A stretch of DNA of 64,000 nucleotides from a virus, in the IMG/VR virus record IMGVR_UViG_3300045988_151219, positions 74,124-138,123 of that record. One strand, given 5' to 3'. Below are positions 34,097 to 42,538 of this stretch, piece after piece. Each line of letters starts with the position of its first letter. Within the stretch, counting starts at the first letter, position 1. The notes under the pieces are model-generated. The model ran no database searches and was not told the DNA's origin. It saw nothing but the letters and a program-made list of their open reading frames with translations. Both the position numbers and the translations under genes were made by a program.

Positions 34097-34248
34097 TTCT
34101 TTTCCTCCTTACGATATTTTGCATTCAGCTTTGTCAAGATTAAAGAAGCAGCTTTCTCAACCCTTTCAAAACAGCACTCATAGCTGTATCAATTATCTTC
34201 CACGCTCTATCTTCTAAAGAGATTTTAGAACTTTCTTCTTTTCCCATT

Positions 34249-34650
34249 TTACTCCTCCATGCCTAATTTCTTGCAAAGCTCATCTATGTGAGCTTCAGCT
34301 TCTTCTTTTGTACGGAAACAATTTCCAGCATATCTATTTACCTGATGTCTTACACTATCTTTTTCAAAAATACACTGTCCAATTTTCTTATCAGAAGTGA
34401 TAAAGTAATACAAATTTCCATCAGGAGGATTATATGGAGTATATGATAAAGCTACAGACTCCCATTCACTAATAAATCTACTCCAGAAAGGATAATATTC
34501 CCATTTATCATTACTTTTTACATAAAGTAACTTATGACTAAATTTAAAAGTAAATGTGAAAGCATGCTCAAAAGTAGCTGTAAATTCTTCCTCTTCACTA
34601 ACTCCAATCTTTTTTCTTAAATTTTCTAACACTTCTTCTCTATAAGTCAT
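34249..34650 (-). CDS. GNCF-motif family protein, member 3
   Basis: MTYREEVLENLRKKIGV ... YAGNCFRTKEEAEAHIDEL. Confidence 0.55.
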   Translation of the reverse strand: MTYREEVLENLRKKIGVSEEEEFTATFEHAFTFTFKFSHKLLYVKSNDKWEYYPFWSRFISEWESVALSYTPYNPPDGNLYYFITSDKKIGQCIFEKDSVRHQVNRYAGNCFRTKEEAEAHIDELCKKLGMEE

Positions 34651-34679
34651 CTTGTCCTCCTAATAACCCTAAGCTGTAC

Positions 34680-34689
34680 AATATTATAC
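34680..34689 (-). promoter_or_regulatory. Class B-like motif, variant (ATAGTATAATATTGTAC)
   Basis: aatattatac lies 30 nt upstream of ATG 34650. Confidence 0.35.
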
Positions 34690-34850
34690 TATTTAATTGA
34701 GTCAATCTTCTCTTTTATTTCAACTATTTCTTTATAAATCACTTCTTCATTGTTTAACCTCTCATGATGTAACTCTTTTATTAACTCCACCAGCTTTTGT
34801 GTTCTGTCATCTATTTGTTGTCTTAGTTGAAAATAATGATAGTCGTCCAT
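34689..34850 (-). CDS. Small coiled-coil protein (53 aa, below the ORF-track cutoff)
   Basis: Own translation MDDYHYFQLRQQIDDRTQKLVELIKELHHERLNNEEVIYKEIVEIKEKIDSIK*, preceded by TAAGGAGG. Confidence 0.45.
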   Translation of the reverse strand: MDDYHYFQLRQQIDDRTQKLVELIKELHHERLNNEEVIYKEIVEIKEKIDSIK

Positions 34851-34987
34851 TAAGGAACCTCCTTACATAAACCAGAAAGATAATATACAAAGGATAACAA
34901 AATAAATAACAAAAAAGATAAATTTTTCAGACGGCTTCCCATCTATAAACCCTGACGCTAATACTATTGATAATATTAAGTTTAAAA

Positions 34988-35563
34988 TTATTTTTCCCTC
35001 AACTTATTCTCTAATTCTGATACTCGCTCTTCTAACTTTTCTATTAAGATATTCTGCTCTTTAATATCTCTTTCTCTCTTTTGAAAAGAGATTTCTAAGC
35101 ACCTAAGCAGTAACTCAAGAGTCGCCGGAAAATCTATGCTCGTTTTAAACACCGCAGAAGCTTTAAATCCCCTTGAAGCTACTTCTCGTAAATATTTAAT
35201 ATACTTTTCTAAAACTGTAAGACTTGTTTTTTCATTAGACATTCTTTCTTCCGCTAAATATCTCTTATCAATTTCCTTATCAAATAAAGTCTCTAAATTA
35301 AACATTAAAGCTAAATATTGACTATCTATATAAAGACTATTTCCAATATTATCAAAAAACTTATTAATTCTAAGTTTTAGTTCTTTATATTTTTCTTCCA
35401 ATATTTCTGCTTTAACTGTTAAATCAGCTAATAGTTTAAATACTTCTTCCTTAATATCATTAAATTCCTGTTCCTGCTCTTTGTTAAATGGAAATCTCTG
35501 TTCAAGGATACTCTTTACACCAGAAAATACTTTTTGTAATTTCTCGTTATCTTGACTCTGCAT
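34988..35563 (-). CDS. Hypothetical coiled-coil protein
   Basis: 191-aa ORF directly downstream of a class A promoter. Confidence 0.5.
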   Translation of the reverse strand: MQSQDNEKLQKVFSGVKSILEQRFPFNKEQEQEFNDIKEEVFKLLADLTVKAEILEEKYKELKLRINKFFDNIGNSLYIDSQYLALMFNLETLFDKEIDKRYLAEERMSNEKTSLTVLEKYIKYLREVASRGFKASAVFKTSIDFPATLELLLRCLEISFQKRERDIKEQNILIEKLEERVSELENKLREK

Positions 35564-35600
35564 AATATTCCTCCCAATAAATAAATTATTTTATATTTAG

Positions 35601-35629
35601 ATTATAAACTATATTGTAAATTATGTCAA
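35601..35629 (-). promoter_or_regulatory. Class A sigma-70 consensus promoter
   Basis: TTGACA TAATTTACAATATAGTT TATAAT: -35 at 35624-35629, -10 at 35601-35606. Confidence 0.75.
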
Positions 35630-35635
35630 GTTCTT

Positions 35636-35670
35636 CTAAAATAAAAACACTTAAAATATCTAAGTGTTTT
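35636..35670 (-). terminator. Rho-independent terminator
   Basis: Minus strand AAAACACTTA-(7 nt)-TAAGTGTTTT followed by TATTTT, after stop 35689. Confidence 0.6.
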
Positions 35671-35688
35671 TATTGTTACTATTATATA

Positions 35689-36231
35689 CTATTGTCTATT
35701 CAACGAATTTTTGATTTCCTGGAAGTCATCAATTAACCCAGAAAACTTTCCTATATACTTATCTAAGTATTTATTATATCTACTAACAAACTTCTTAATT
35801 AGACGTTCTTTTACTTTCTCCTTACCTATTCTAAAATCAAAAGTATCCCCTTCAGCTAAAATAGTCCTTGCTCTTAAAGTATGTAATTTATCAATATCAT
35901 TATCCCTAATAAGAACATCTCCTAAGCCATAAGCTTCTGCTAACATGTTTATAGAAATCATTATTGGAGAATCTACACTCTCAAATTTCATCTCACCTAA
36001 ATGTTGTAATGTGTAGTGAGTTGCTTCCCCTACTATTAAGGTTTTATTGTACTTAAAATCTACATAAACAATGAGTCTATAATAAATAGAAACTCCTATC
36101 TCATTTAGTCTGATAACTTCTGCATAAGTATCCGAATGAATAGGAACTCCTTGACTTTTAGAAAGCTCCATAATATCAGTCTTTATTCCATTATGTAAAA
36201 CTTCTACAGGTGATGTAAACATATCTTCCAC
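35689..36231 (-). CDS. Hypothetical protein, D-x-FD-x-x-x-G family
   Basis: ILAEGDTFDFRIGKEKVKERLIKKF. Confidence 0.5.
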   Translation of the reverse strand: MEDMFTSPVEVLHNGIKTDIMELSKSQGVPIHSDTYAEVIRLNEIGVSIYYRLIVYVDFKYNKTLIVGEATHYTLQHLGEMKFESVDSPIMISINMLAEAYGLGDVLIRDNDIDKLHTLRARTILAEGDTFDFRIGKEKVKERLIKKFVSRYNKYLDKYIGKFSGLIDDFQEIKNSLNRQ

Positions 36232-36942
36232 TTACTGATTATAAAAAATATCATTTATTTCTTCTTTCATAACTTCTATCTTCATTTTCATATTGTGGTT
36301 TGCTCTTTTAAACATTCCGCAAGTCTCATCTAAATTATGAAAGTACCTGTCCAGAACTCGCAACAGCTTCTCAATAAAACGTGATTCAATTAATTTCAAA
36401 CCATATTCTAAATCAAAGACATCTTCCGGAGCTGTAACAGCTTTAGTCTTTAGAGAAATAGAGTTAAATGACATTTTCCCCGTATAATCAACATTTACTC
36501 CCCCAACATTATAATAGTAATCTTTAAGAGCTTTCCCTATCAAAACTTCTACTTTCTCTTTAGAAGGAACATCTCTATAAAAGATATCTTTCACTTTTGC
36601 AGCAATGATAACTCTTCCCTGGCTATCTTTGTTGATAGTATATCTATAGACAAAATGCAGACCTAGAATAAAGTCAAAAGATTTAAAAGCAGTAAGACAT
36701 TCTACTTTAGACCGGTCTACAGCTTGTGCTGCCTTTTCTTCTTTTTTCTCTAAATCAAAGACACCTACTGTGGATAAGTCAAAAGTATTTGTACTAATTT
36801 CTTCATCCCCTAAGATTTCAATTTTATCTCCAGGAAATGTTTTCTCCAACAGATGAATCCTTTTCTGTATTTCAAAATCATCTAATCCTAAAATAGTTGC
36901 TTCTTTCTTTCCGCCGATAGATACTTTTACCTTGACAGCCAT
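36232..36942 (-). CDS. Hypothetical protein, same family
   Basis: AVTAPEDVFDLEYGLKLIESRFIEKLLRVL. Confidence 0.5.
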   Translation of the reverse strand: MAVKVKVSIGGKKEATILGLDDFEIQKRIHLLEKTFPGDKIEILGDEEISTNTFDLSTVGVFDLEKKEEKAAQAVDRSKVECLTAFKSFDFILGLHFVYRYTINKDSQGRVIIAAKVKDIFYRDVPSKEKVEVLIGKALKDYYYNVGGVNVDYTGKMSFNSISLKTKAVTAPEDVFDLEYGLKLIESRFIEKLLRVLDRYFHNLDETCGMFKRANHNMKMKIEVMKEEINDIFYNQ

Positions 36943-36959
36943 TTCTTTTTCTCCTCTTG

Positions 36960-37577
36960 TTAATTCTTTTTGACAGGTTTAATCTCCAAAATCATATCAT
37001 GCAAACTATTTTTCTTCTTAAAAAGATAAAATTCATATGCTTTTAAAACTCGCAAAAGAACTTTGTCCATCTTTTCAAAAAGACGCTTCTTAATTAACTC
37101 TACTCCTGTAGCGTAAATAAATAAGTCGTGCGGGTCACAATCTACTTTGATTTTAAGACTCGGTAGATTATACTTTTTAAAATCAGCAACATGTAATAAC
37201 ACAGGAACAGAATTTTTCTGATTATTAAAGTAATCAGTTACAGCAAACATGCAAATTTCCTGTAAAGTCATTGCTGTGACATCTTCTTTATTTAAATAAA
37301 TATTTGTCACTTTACCAACAAGTCTTTTTACTTTATCAGGACGATTCATAACCTGATTGATTTTAACTTTAATATTAATCCCCATACGGTACTTAAAAGT
37401 ATAGGTATCAATATAAGTTTTGTAATCCACATCTTCAAGTAAAGAGTTAAAAAGCTCAATATCTTCTTTCCCTACTGAATCCGTTTCTTTCACTCTTTCA
37501 AGAAAATCACTCAAGCCTTTAGCTAAGGTCTTGAGTTTCTCCGGTGATAATTTCTTTCTTGTCATTTTCTCCTCCAC
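36960..37577 (-). CDS. Hypothetical protein, same family
   Basis: VDCDPHDLFIYATGVELIKKRLFEKMDKVLLRVL. Confidence 0.5.
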   Translation of the reverse strand: MEEKMTRKKLSPEKLKTLAKGLSDFLERVKETDSVGKEDIELFNSLLEDVDYKTYIDTYTFKYRMGINIKVKINQVMNRPDKVKRLVGKVTNIYLNKEDVTAMTLQEICMFAVTDYFNNQKNSVPVLLHVADFKKYNLPSLKIKVDCDPHDLFIYATGVELIKKRLFEKMDKVLLRVLKAYEFYLFKKKNSLHDMILEIKPVKKN

Positions 37578-37595
37578 AAATTACAAATAACCCCT

Positions 37596-37672
37596 TTAGT
37601 TCAGAATCAAATTCATAAACAACTTTATAAACTTGAGTCTGAACTAACAGTACGGCATAACCGTTAGTTCAG
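37596..37672 (-). promoter_or_regulatory. Leader with three mutually exclusive pairing segments
   Basis: Plus strand ttagttcag (37596-37604), ctgaactaac (37639-37648), gttagttcag (37663-37672). On the RNA the middle segment can pair with either flanking copy. A TATAAT lies at 37676-37681 (minus). Confidence 0.35.
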
Positions 37673-37741
37673 TTTATTATAAGAGATTTACCCTGGACAG
37701 GATTAAATAAGTAAACCTCTTACATATAATATACGATAGAA

Positions 37742-37957
37742 TTAATTCTGGTTTTCTTCTTCCCGCTCTTTGATTGATTTATCCAAAGCTTCTGCTTCTT
37801 CATAAGGGTCATCAAACGCAGGGGCTGCCGGAATTTCAGCATTGTCTCCTGTTTTAGGACCCCACTTAGCTTCAGATTCTTCTCTCTTTCTAAGTGCTTC
37901 TGCCTCTTCTTCCGGTGTGTCGAAAACTTCGTTGTAATACTGTCCTTCTTTTTCCAT
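37742..37957 (-). CDS. Small acidic protein with internal EEAEAL repeat
   Basis: PEEEAEALRKREE ... PYEEAEALDKSIKEREE. Confidence 0.45.
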   Translation of the reverse strand: MEKEGQYYNEVFDTPEEEAEALRKREESEAKWGPKTGDNAEIPAAPAFDDPYEEAEALDKSIKEREEENQN

Positions 37958-37969
37958 GACTAATCTCTC

Positions 37970-38287
37970 CTATCTATAAATAAAAACTTGTTTAACTCGC
38001 CTACCCCATTCAATAGCCCGCTGGTAATCGTGCATAAATATATCTACGCAACCATCGATACCACAGATATCATTGACGATATAATCAATTCCATCTATCT
38101 GAATTTTTGTTCCTAACGGAAGAAAGTTGCAAGCAACCCCTCCTTCATAAGGGATTTCACCTGTTGCTGTAGGATTACTATATGTTTCTACACCTGTGTA
38201 AGCTGATGTCTCAACTGTAATCCATTCTGCATAAGAAGGAGCAAAGCATCCAGAAACTATTAAAAGAGATAATATGAATTTCAACAT
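37970..38287 (-). CDS. Secreted 3D-domain (MltA/RlpA-like double-psi beta-barrel) protein, probable lipoprotein
   Basis: Lipobox-like LLIVSGC, then ETSAYTG...NPTATGEIPYEGGVACNFLPLGTKIQIDGIDYIVNDICG...VDIFMHDYQRAIEWG. Confidence 0.6.
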   Translation of the reverse strand: MLKFILSLLIVSGCFAPSYAEWITVETSAYTGVETYSNPTATGEIPYEGGVACNFLPLGTKIQIDGIDYIVNDICGIDGCVDIFMHDYQRAIEWGRRVKQVFIYR

Positions 38288-38419
38288 AAATTAACCACCT
38301 TTCTAAAATAGACCGTGTTTTCCATTTCCAGCTGTATTCACTTCTCTATGAAGTTTTGCACTGGATAATCTTCTTTAGCTGTATCAACCCACCTTTCTTG
38401 TCACATAAATTGGAACGTA

Positions 38420-38429
38420 TATATTATAC
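38420..38429 (-). promoter_or_regulatory. Class B promoter-like motif (ATAGTATAATATATAC)
   Basis: tatattatac lies 133 nt upstream of ATG 38287. Confidence 0.4.
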
Positions 38430-38436
38430 TATAAAT

Positions 38437-38739
38437 TCAAGTTTTTATCTTCTTTACTGTTACAGAAGACAAATAATCTATATAGGGAATAGTTTCTTTT
38501 AACTCTTTTATAAATTTACGATAGTCTTGATTAAATACAGGAACCGGTATAGTGTTCAGTACGCCTATCACGCAGACTTGATGAACCATGTCATTTTCTG
38601 ATTTAAGGTAATAAATAGCACTATGATAATCAAAATACCCTTCAGCATATTGAAATGAACGATATAATAAGTTTTTAAAACTATCTATAGAATCTTTATC
38701 TTCCTGCTTAAAGTAAAGCGTCATTGTTACTGTAATCAT
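38437..38739 (-). CDS. Hypothetical protein
   Basis: 100-aa ORF. Confidence 0.45.
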   Translation of the reverse strand: MITVTMTLYFKQEDKDSIDSFKNLLYRSFQYAEGYFDYHSAIYYLKSENDMVHQVCVIGVLNTIPVPVFNQDYRKFIKELKETIPYIDYLSSVTVKKIKT

Positions 38740-38754
38740 TGAAAGCTCCTTATT

Positions 38755-39480
38755 TTAAATATTTTTCATATTTTCAATGTATAAAAGGGCTTCTTGATGT
38801 CTTTCACAACATTTACATTTTGATTCAGCGTGAATACCAAATAGTTGAACATTACAATCTTCTCTTGCTTCACAAAAAGTTACTTTATTGTATAAATCAT
38901 TTTTCTGAAGGTACAAGATAATATCTTCTTTAGAAGTATTATCTAATGGAAAATCTATATTGATATCTTTTATTCCGTATATTTTAAAAATATTAGAATA
39001 TATATCTAATATTTCTTTTTTATATTGCGTTGCATCATCATCTTTGATATACCCCATAAATATTTGTATTTTATTCGGTGGTATAATGATTAATGTACTG
39101 GCTATTGATAATATCCATAATACAGGTAAAACCAAATATTTACTATATTTATGTGTTTGATTGGAAGTATATGTTTCATGCAATCTACTATCCAAAATAA
39201 TATCATATATACGGAATCCTTGATTTTTGTATATACTCATAATATCAGAAACACTATGACGTTCCCGAACAAGTATACCAGGATATCTAAAAGATGGTAT
39301 AGAATGATAAGCCAAAAATATATCACATTCATCTTTAAGATGGTTCTTTTCAATTTCTTTACAAAGAATATCAAGAATGGTTGTGCTATCACAACCACCC
39401 GAAAAGGATATGATAAATGACCGTTTTCCTTGCCTTAGGATATTAGCAATTCGTTCTTGCCCTAAAGATATAGTAGACAT
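38755..39480 (-). CDS. PP-loop ATPase, QueC/ExsB-like
   Basis: FIISFSGGCDSTTILDIL (SGGxDSTT as in QueC), 241 aa, C-terminal Cys cluster FCEAREDC...SKCKCCERH. Confidence 0.45.
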   Translation of the reverse strand: MSTISLGQERIANILRQGKRSFIISFSGGCDSTTILDILCKEIEKNHLKDECDIFLAYHSIPSFRYPGILVRERHSVSDIMSIYKNQGFRIYDIILDSRLHETYTSNQTHKYSKYLVLPVLWILSIASTLIIIPPNKIQIFMGYIKDDDATQYKKEILDIYSNIFKIYGIKDINIDFPLDNTSKEDIILYLQKNDLYNKVTFCEAREDCNVQLFGIHAESKCKCCERHQEALLYIENMKNI

Positions 39481-39488
39481 TTTACTCC

Positions 39489-39857
39489 TTATTTTAAATA
39501 TTTTTCGATAGAAATTTTATACTTAGACTCAATAATGAAGTTAGCTAAAGAAAGCAACTCTGCCCTAAATACAGATATAGGACATGTAGATTCTTTAGCT
39601 GAATAGCCTAATTTGCAGCGTAATAAGTTAAAGACTAAATCTCTTTCCATCAAAACTTTATTTGTTTTGAAAATCAAGATTTCCGCATAACGTTCGTTAT
39701 AGTCAATATAAGTCTCTTCCGGTAAGAAATCTTCCTCAAAAACAGTCGCTATTTCTACTGTAATATACCAGTGTCTTAGGTCAAATTTATCTAAGTATTT
39801 ATCAAACACTTTAGCTAAAATTTTATTCTTTGATAAATCTTTTAACTTTTTAGACAT
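39489..39857 (-). CDS. Hypothetical protein
   Basis: 122-aa ORF. Confidence 0.45.
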   Translation of the reverse strand: MSKKLKDLSKNKILAKVFDKYLDKFDLRHWYITVEIATVFEEDFLPEETYIDYNERYAEILIFKTNKVLMERDLVFNLLRCKLGYSAKESTCPISVFRAELLSLANFIIESKYKISIEKYLK

Positions 39858-39868
39858 TCAGTCTCCTA

Positions 39869-40651
39869 TTAAACGAAAATTCTGCATAACTTATAGTAAT
39901 AATAAATAACTGCTGGTAAAAGTAAAAGAGATCCTAAACCTGCACCAAAACTTTCAGGAGAAAATTTAAATAAATTTAGAATTCCAAACATTGTTGTAGG
40001 AACTATTAAAATTCCCCCAATAATAAAAACAGTGATAAGAGTATACCGGATAAAATAGAAAAACTTACTAATATTACTATAATCCCCCATCAAAACTTCA
40101 TCACTGTAAAACTCGTTAAACTTGAAATACTTACACGTACTGTACGGTTCCAAATTAACAATTTTCCGATAGTTTAAGGTTCTATGAAATTCATTTTCAT
40201 TATAGTCTGATTTACAATAATCTAAATATTTAAAGTATTTAGAAATAATATTATCGTCCTTGTCGGTATGTAGACAAGGCTTATCATAGAAATGAATAAT
40301 TCTATGTTTATTGCTTATAATAGACCTAACACTATCTATTTTAGTAGGAACATAACATTCTGTTTCTGCTAAAGGAATATCTGAAAGAGTCTGTTCATAA
40401 GCTTCCGCATGACAATTAAGAATACTTTCTAATCTTTCTAAATCTTCCTTCTCTTGAGCTTCATTTATCCAAGACTGAAACCAACCTACTTTTTCTTCCT
40501 TAGGATTTTCCTTAACAGCTTCAACTTGAACTACTTCTGTCTCTTTCTTTTCTTTCTCCTTCTTCTCTTTATTCTTACTTGCAAAATAGTTAAAAGCTGT
40601 AAGTCCTAAAGAAAGTGTAAGCAGTGTGTTGAAAGTTTCTTTTGAGTACAT
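39869..40651 (-). CDS. Membrane protein
   Basis: N-terminal helix LLTLSLGLTAFNYF and two C-terminal helices (YTLITVFIIGGILIVPTTMFGIL, GAGLGSLLLLPAVIYYYY). Confidence 0.5.
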   Translation of the reverse strand: MYSKETFNTLLTLSLGLTAFNYFASKNKEKKEKEKKETEVVQVEAVKENPKEEKVGWFQSWINEAQEKEDLERLESILNCHAEAYEQTLSDIPLAETECYVPTKIDSVRSIISNKHRIIHFYDKPCLHTDKDDNIISKYFKYLDYCKSDYNENEFHRTLNYRKIVNLEPYSTCKYFKFNEFYSDEVLMGDYSNISKFFYFIRYTLITVFIIGGILIVPTTMFGILNLFKFSPESFGAGLGSLLLLPAVIYYYYKLCRIFV

Positions 40652-40703
40652 GATAGTGTCCTTTCTCTTAACAGTAAATATTACTAATATATTTTATGTC
40701 TGT

Positions 40704-40732
40704 ATTATAATATTTATTGTAATATTTGTCAA
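40704..40732 (-). promoter_or_regulatory. Class A sigma-70 consensus promoter
   Basis: TTGACA AATATTACAATAAATAT TATAAT: -35 at 40727-40732, -10 at 40704-40709. Confidence 0.7.
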
Positions 40733-40738
40733 GTGCTT

Positions 40739-42523
40739 TTAACATTTTTCATAAGCTTCACACCAGTTACTTCCGAAAGCCCACTCATACTTAAATTTGA
40801 AATCTTTATATAAATCTGAAAAATCAAATAAGCTGTCTAAAAGCTCCTCTGCTTGTTTGTCTGTATAAGTCTCCGGAACTTCTATCAAGTGACTGTCAAA
40901 AACTCCCAACACCCATTGAATGTCTTTAATATCTTTTGTTCTTCTAACTACCATCTTAAAGAAATCAGCACATGAAGACTGTATAGCTGTGTTAAAAGCT
41001 CTTCGCTCATCAGCAGACTTTTCAGATTCATCAAAAGAATTTATGTTTACTAAAGTACGTCTTCTGCCAATTATCGTTTCTGTATATCCGTTCTTCCTGG
41101 TTTTTGCTATGACTTCATCTCTGAATTTAGCTAATTCCGGAAATAATGAGAAATATTTATTAACTAATTTCTGCCCATCTTCGTATGATATATTTAACGC
41201 TCTTGCAGTAGCTGCTCCGGCAGAACCAAAAATAGTGCTGAAAGAAACAACTTTAGACACATTTCTTTCTTCTTTAGAGATTTCTGTTTTACCTAATAAT
41301 CTTTTGGCTATCTCGGTGTGTAAGTCTACTCCTTTATTAAACCAGTCTAAAAGAGTTTTACAGTTAGAAAGATACGCTGCTATATAAAGTTCCGCTGATT
41401 TCCAGTCCGCATATAAGAATTTATTTCCTTTGTGAGGAATTATACTTTTTCTAAATTCAGCCGGATATGCTGAAACAATAGGGTCTTTTACATATACACG
41501 ACTTGAAGCAGTTCCATACCCAACTGATTCAAATACCGGATGAAAAGCTCCATCATCAGAAACCATTGAAGTTACTTTCTTTAAAGAGTTCTTGACTGAA
41601 AGATTATGTTTCAACTCTAAGATATTCGTTATTATTTTAGAGTTTTCAGTCTCTCCTTTATTAGCTAAGTTTTCAGAAAGCATATTTAAAGATTGTGCAT
41701 TGAATGACGGTTTCCCTTTAGGCGATTTTAAAGGTATTTCAAATTTCTTCTCATCTACTAAAAAACTATTTAAATCAGAAAAAGCGTTAGGTCTGAAAGT
41801 TTCTTTCCCTATCTTTTTACAGAAATTATTTAAGTCTATATCATACTTCTTGTTGACTGTATTTTCTATTTCAGTAAACTTGTCCGCATCAAAAAGTATT
41901 CCTCTTCCACTTGATTTAATAACTTCTGATATAAAGTCAAATTCAAGCTGCAAGACTTTTTTCTGCTGTATTATATTGTCTTTGTAATATTCCATTATCC
42001 TAAACGGTAAGACAGAATCTAAAGCGGAATATTGTAAAACCAGCTTATTTTCTATATCATATCTAAATTTTCCATCTTCATCAGGTGTAAAAATGTTTTC
42101 AAACTTTCGGATAAGAGAAGCTTTTTCCGGATATAAGTTAATAAAAATGTCTTTTAAAGCGTTTAACTCTAATTGAAAAACTCTTGCCATGATAAAAGTA
42201 TCAAAGTAAATAGGAACGGCTACTCCAAATTGGTCATATATTCTTGACAAATCAAATTGAAGGTTATGCCCTACTGCTTTAATACTTGATAAAAAATCTT
42301 TCAGAATAGATTTCTCAATATCAGAAAGTTCTGTATATGTGTCTGTTTTATTTGAATATGTTTTTATCGGTATAACTAAAGAAATATCTTCCTGCAAGTT
42401 ATATAAAGAAAGTAAAGTTATCGGAGATTTAAAATCCAAACTTTCTGTCTCTATGTCTAATCCTAAATTTTTATTCTTCCAGGTAGAAGGTATCTCACTC
42501 GGTAAAGCTAATTTTATCTGCAT
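40739..42523 (-). CDS. Family-A DNA polymerase, divergent paralog (3'-5' exo + pol)
   Basis: Exo I LGLDIETESLDF, Exo II VGHNLQFDLSRI, Exo III YSALDSV. Motif A LYADWKSAELYIAAY, motif B RNVSKVVSFSTIFGS, motif C LGVFDSHLIEV (FDS in place of HDE). Confidence 0.75.
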   Translation of the reverse strand: MQIKLALPSEIPSTWKNKNLGLDIETESLDFKSPITLLSLYNLQEDISLVIPIKTYSNKTDTYTELSDIEKSILKDFLSSIKAVGHNLQFDLSRIYDQFGVAVPIYFDTFIMARVFQLELNALKDIFINLYPEKASLIRKFENIFTPDEDGKFRYDIENKLVLQYSALDSVLPFRIMEYYKDNIIQQKKVLQLEFDFISEVIKSSGRGILFDADKFTEIENTVNKKYDIDLNNFCKKIGKETFRPNAFSDLNSFLVDEKKFEIPLKSPKGKPSFNAQSLNMLSENLANKGETENSKIITNILELKHNLSVKNSLKKVTSMVSDDGAFHPVFESVGYGTASSRVYVKDPIVSAYPAEFRKSIIPHKGNKFLYADWKSAELYIAAYLSNCKTLLDWFNKGVDLHTEIAKRLLGKTEISKEERNVSKVVSFSTIFGSAGAATARALNISYEDGQKLVNKYFSLFPELAKFRDEVIAKTRKNGYTETIIGRRRTLVNINSFDESEKSADERRAFNTAIQSSCADFFKMVVRRTKDIKDIQWVLGVFDSHLIEVPETYTDKQAEELLDSLFDFSDLYKDFKFKYEWAFGSNWCEAYEKC

Positions 42524-42538
42524 AATTTCTCCTATATT

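Noticed and set aside
34109-34137. TTGACA box at 34132-34137 as an eighth class A promoter
   Set aside because: The hexamer 17 nt downstream is TCGTAA, and the conserved TTACAA spacer is absent.
37721-37733. TATAATATA on the plus strand as a divergent class B promoter
   Set aside because: It is in the opposite orientation to every gene, no plus-strand gene follows it, and the motif is partly palindromic in AT-rich DNA.
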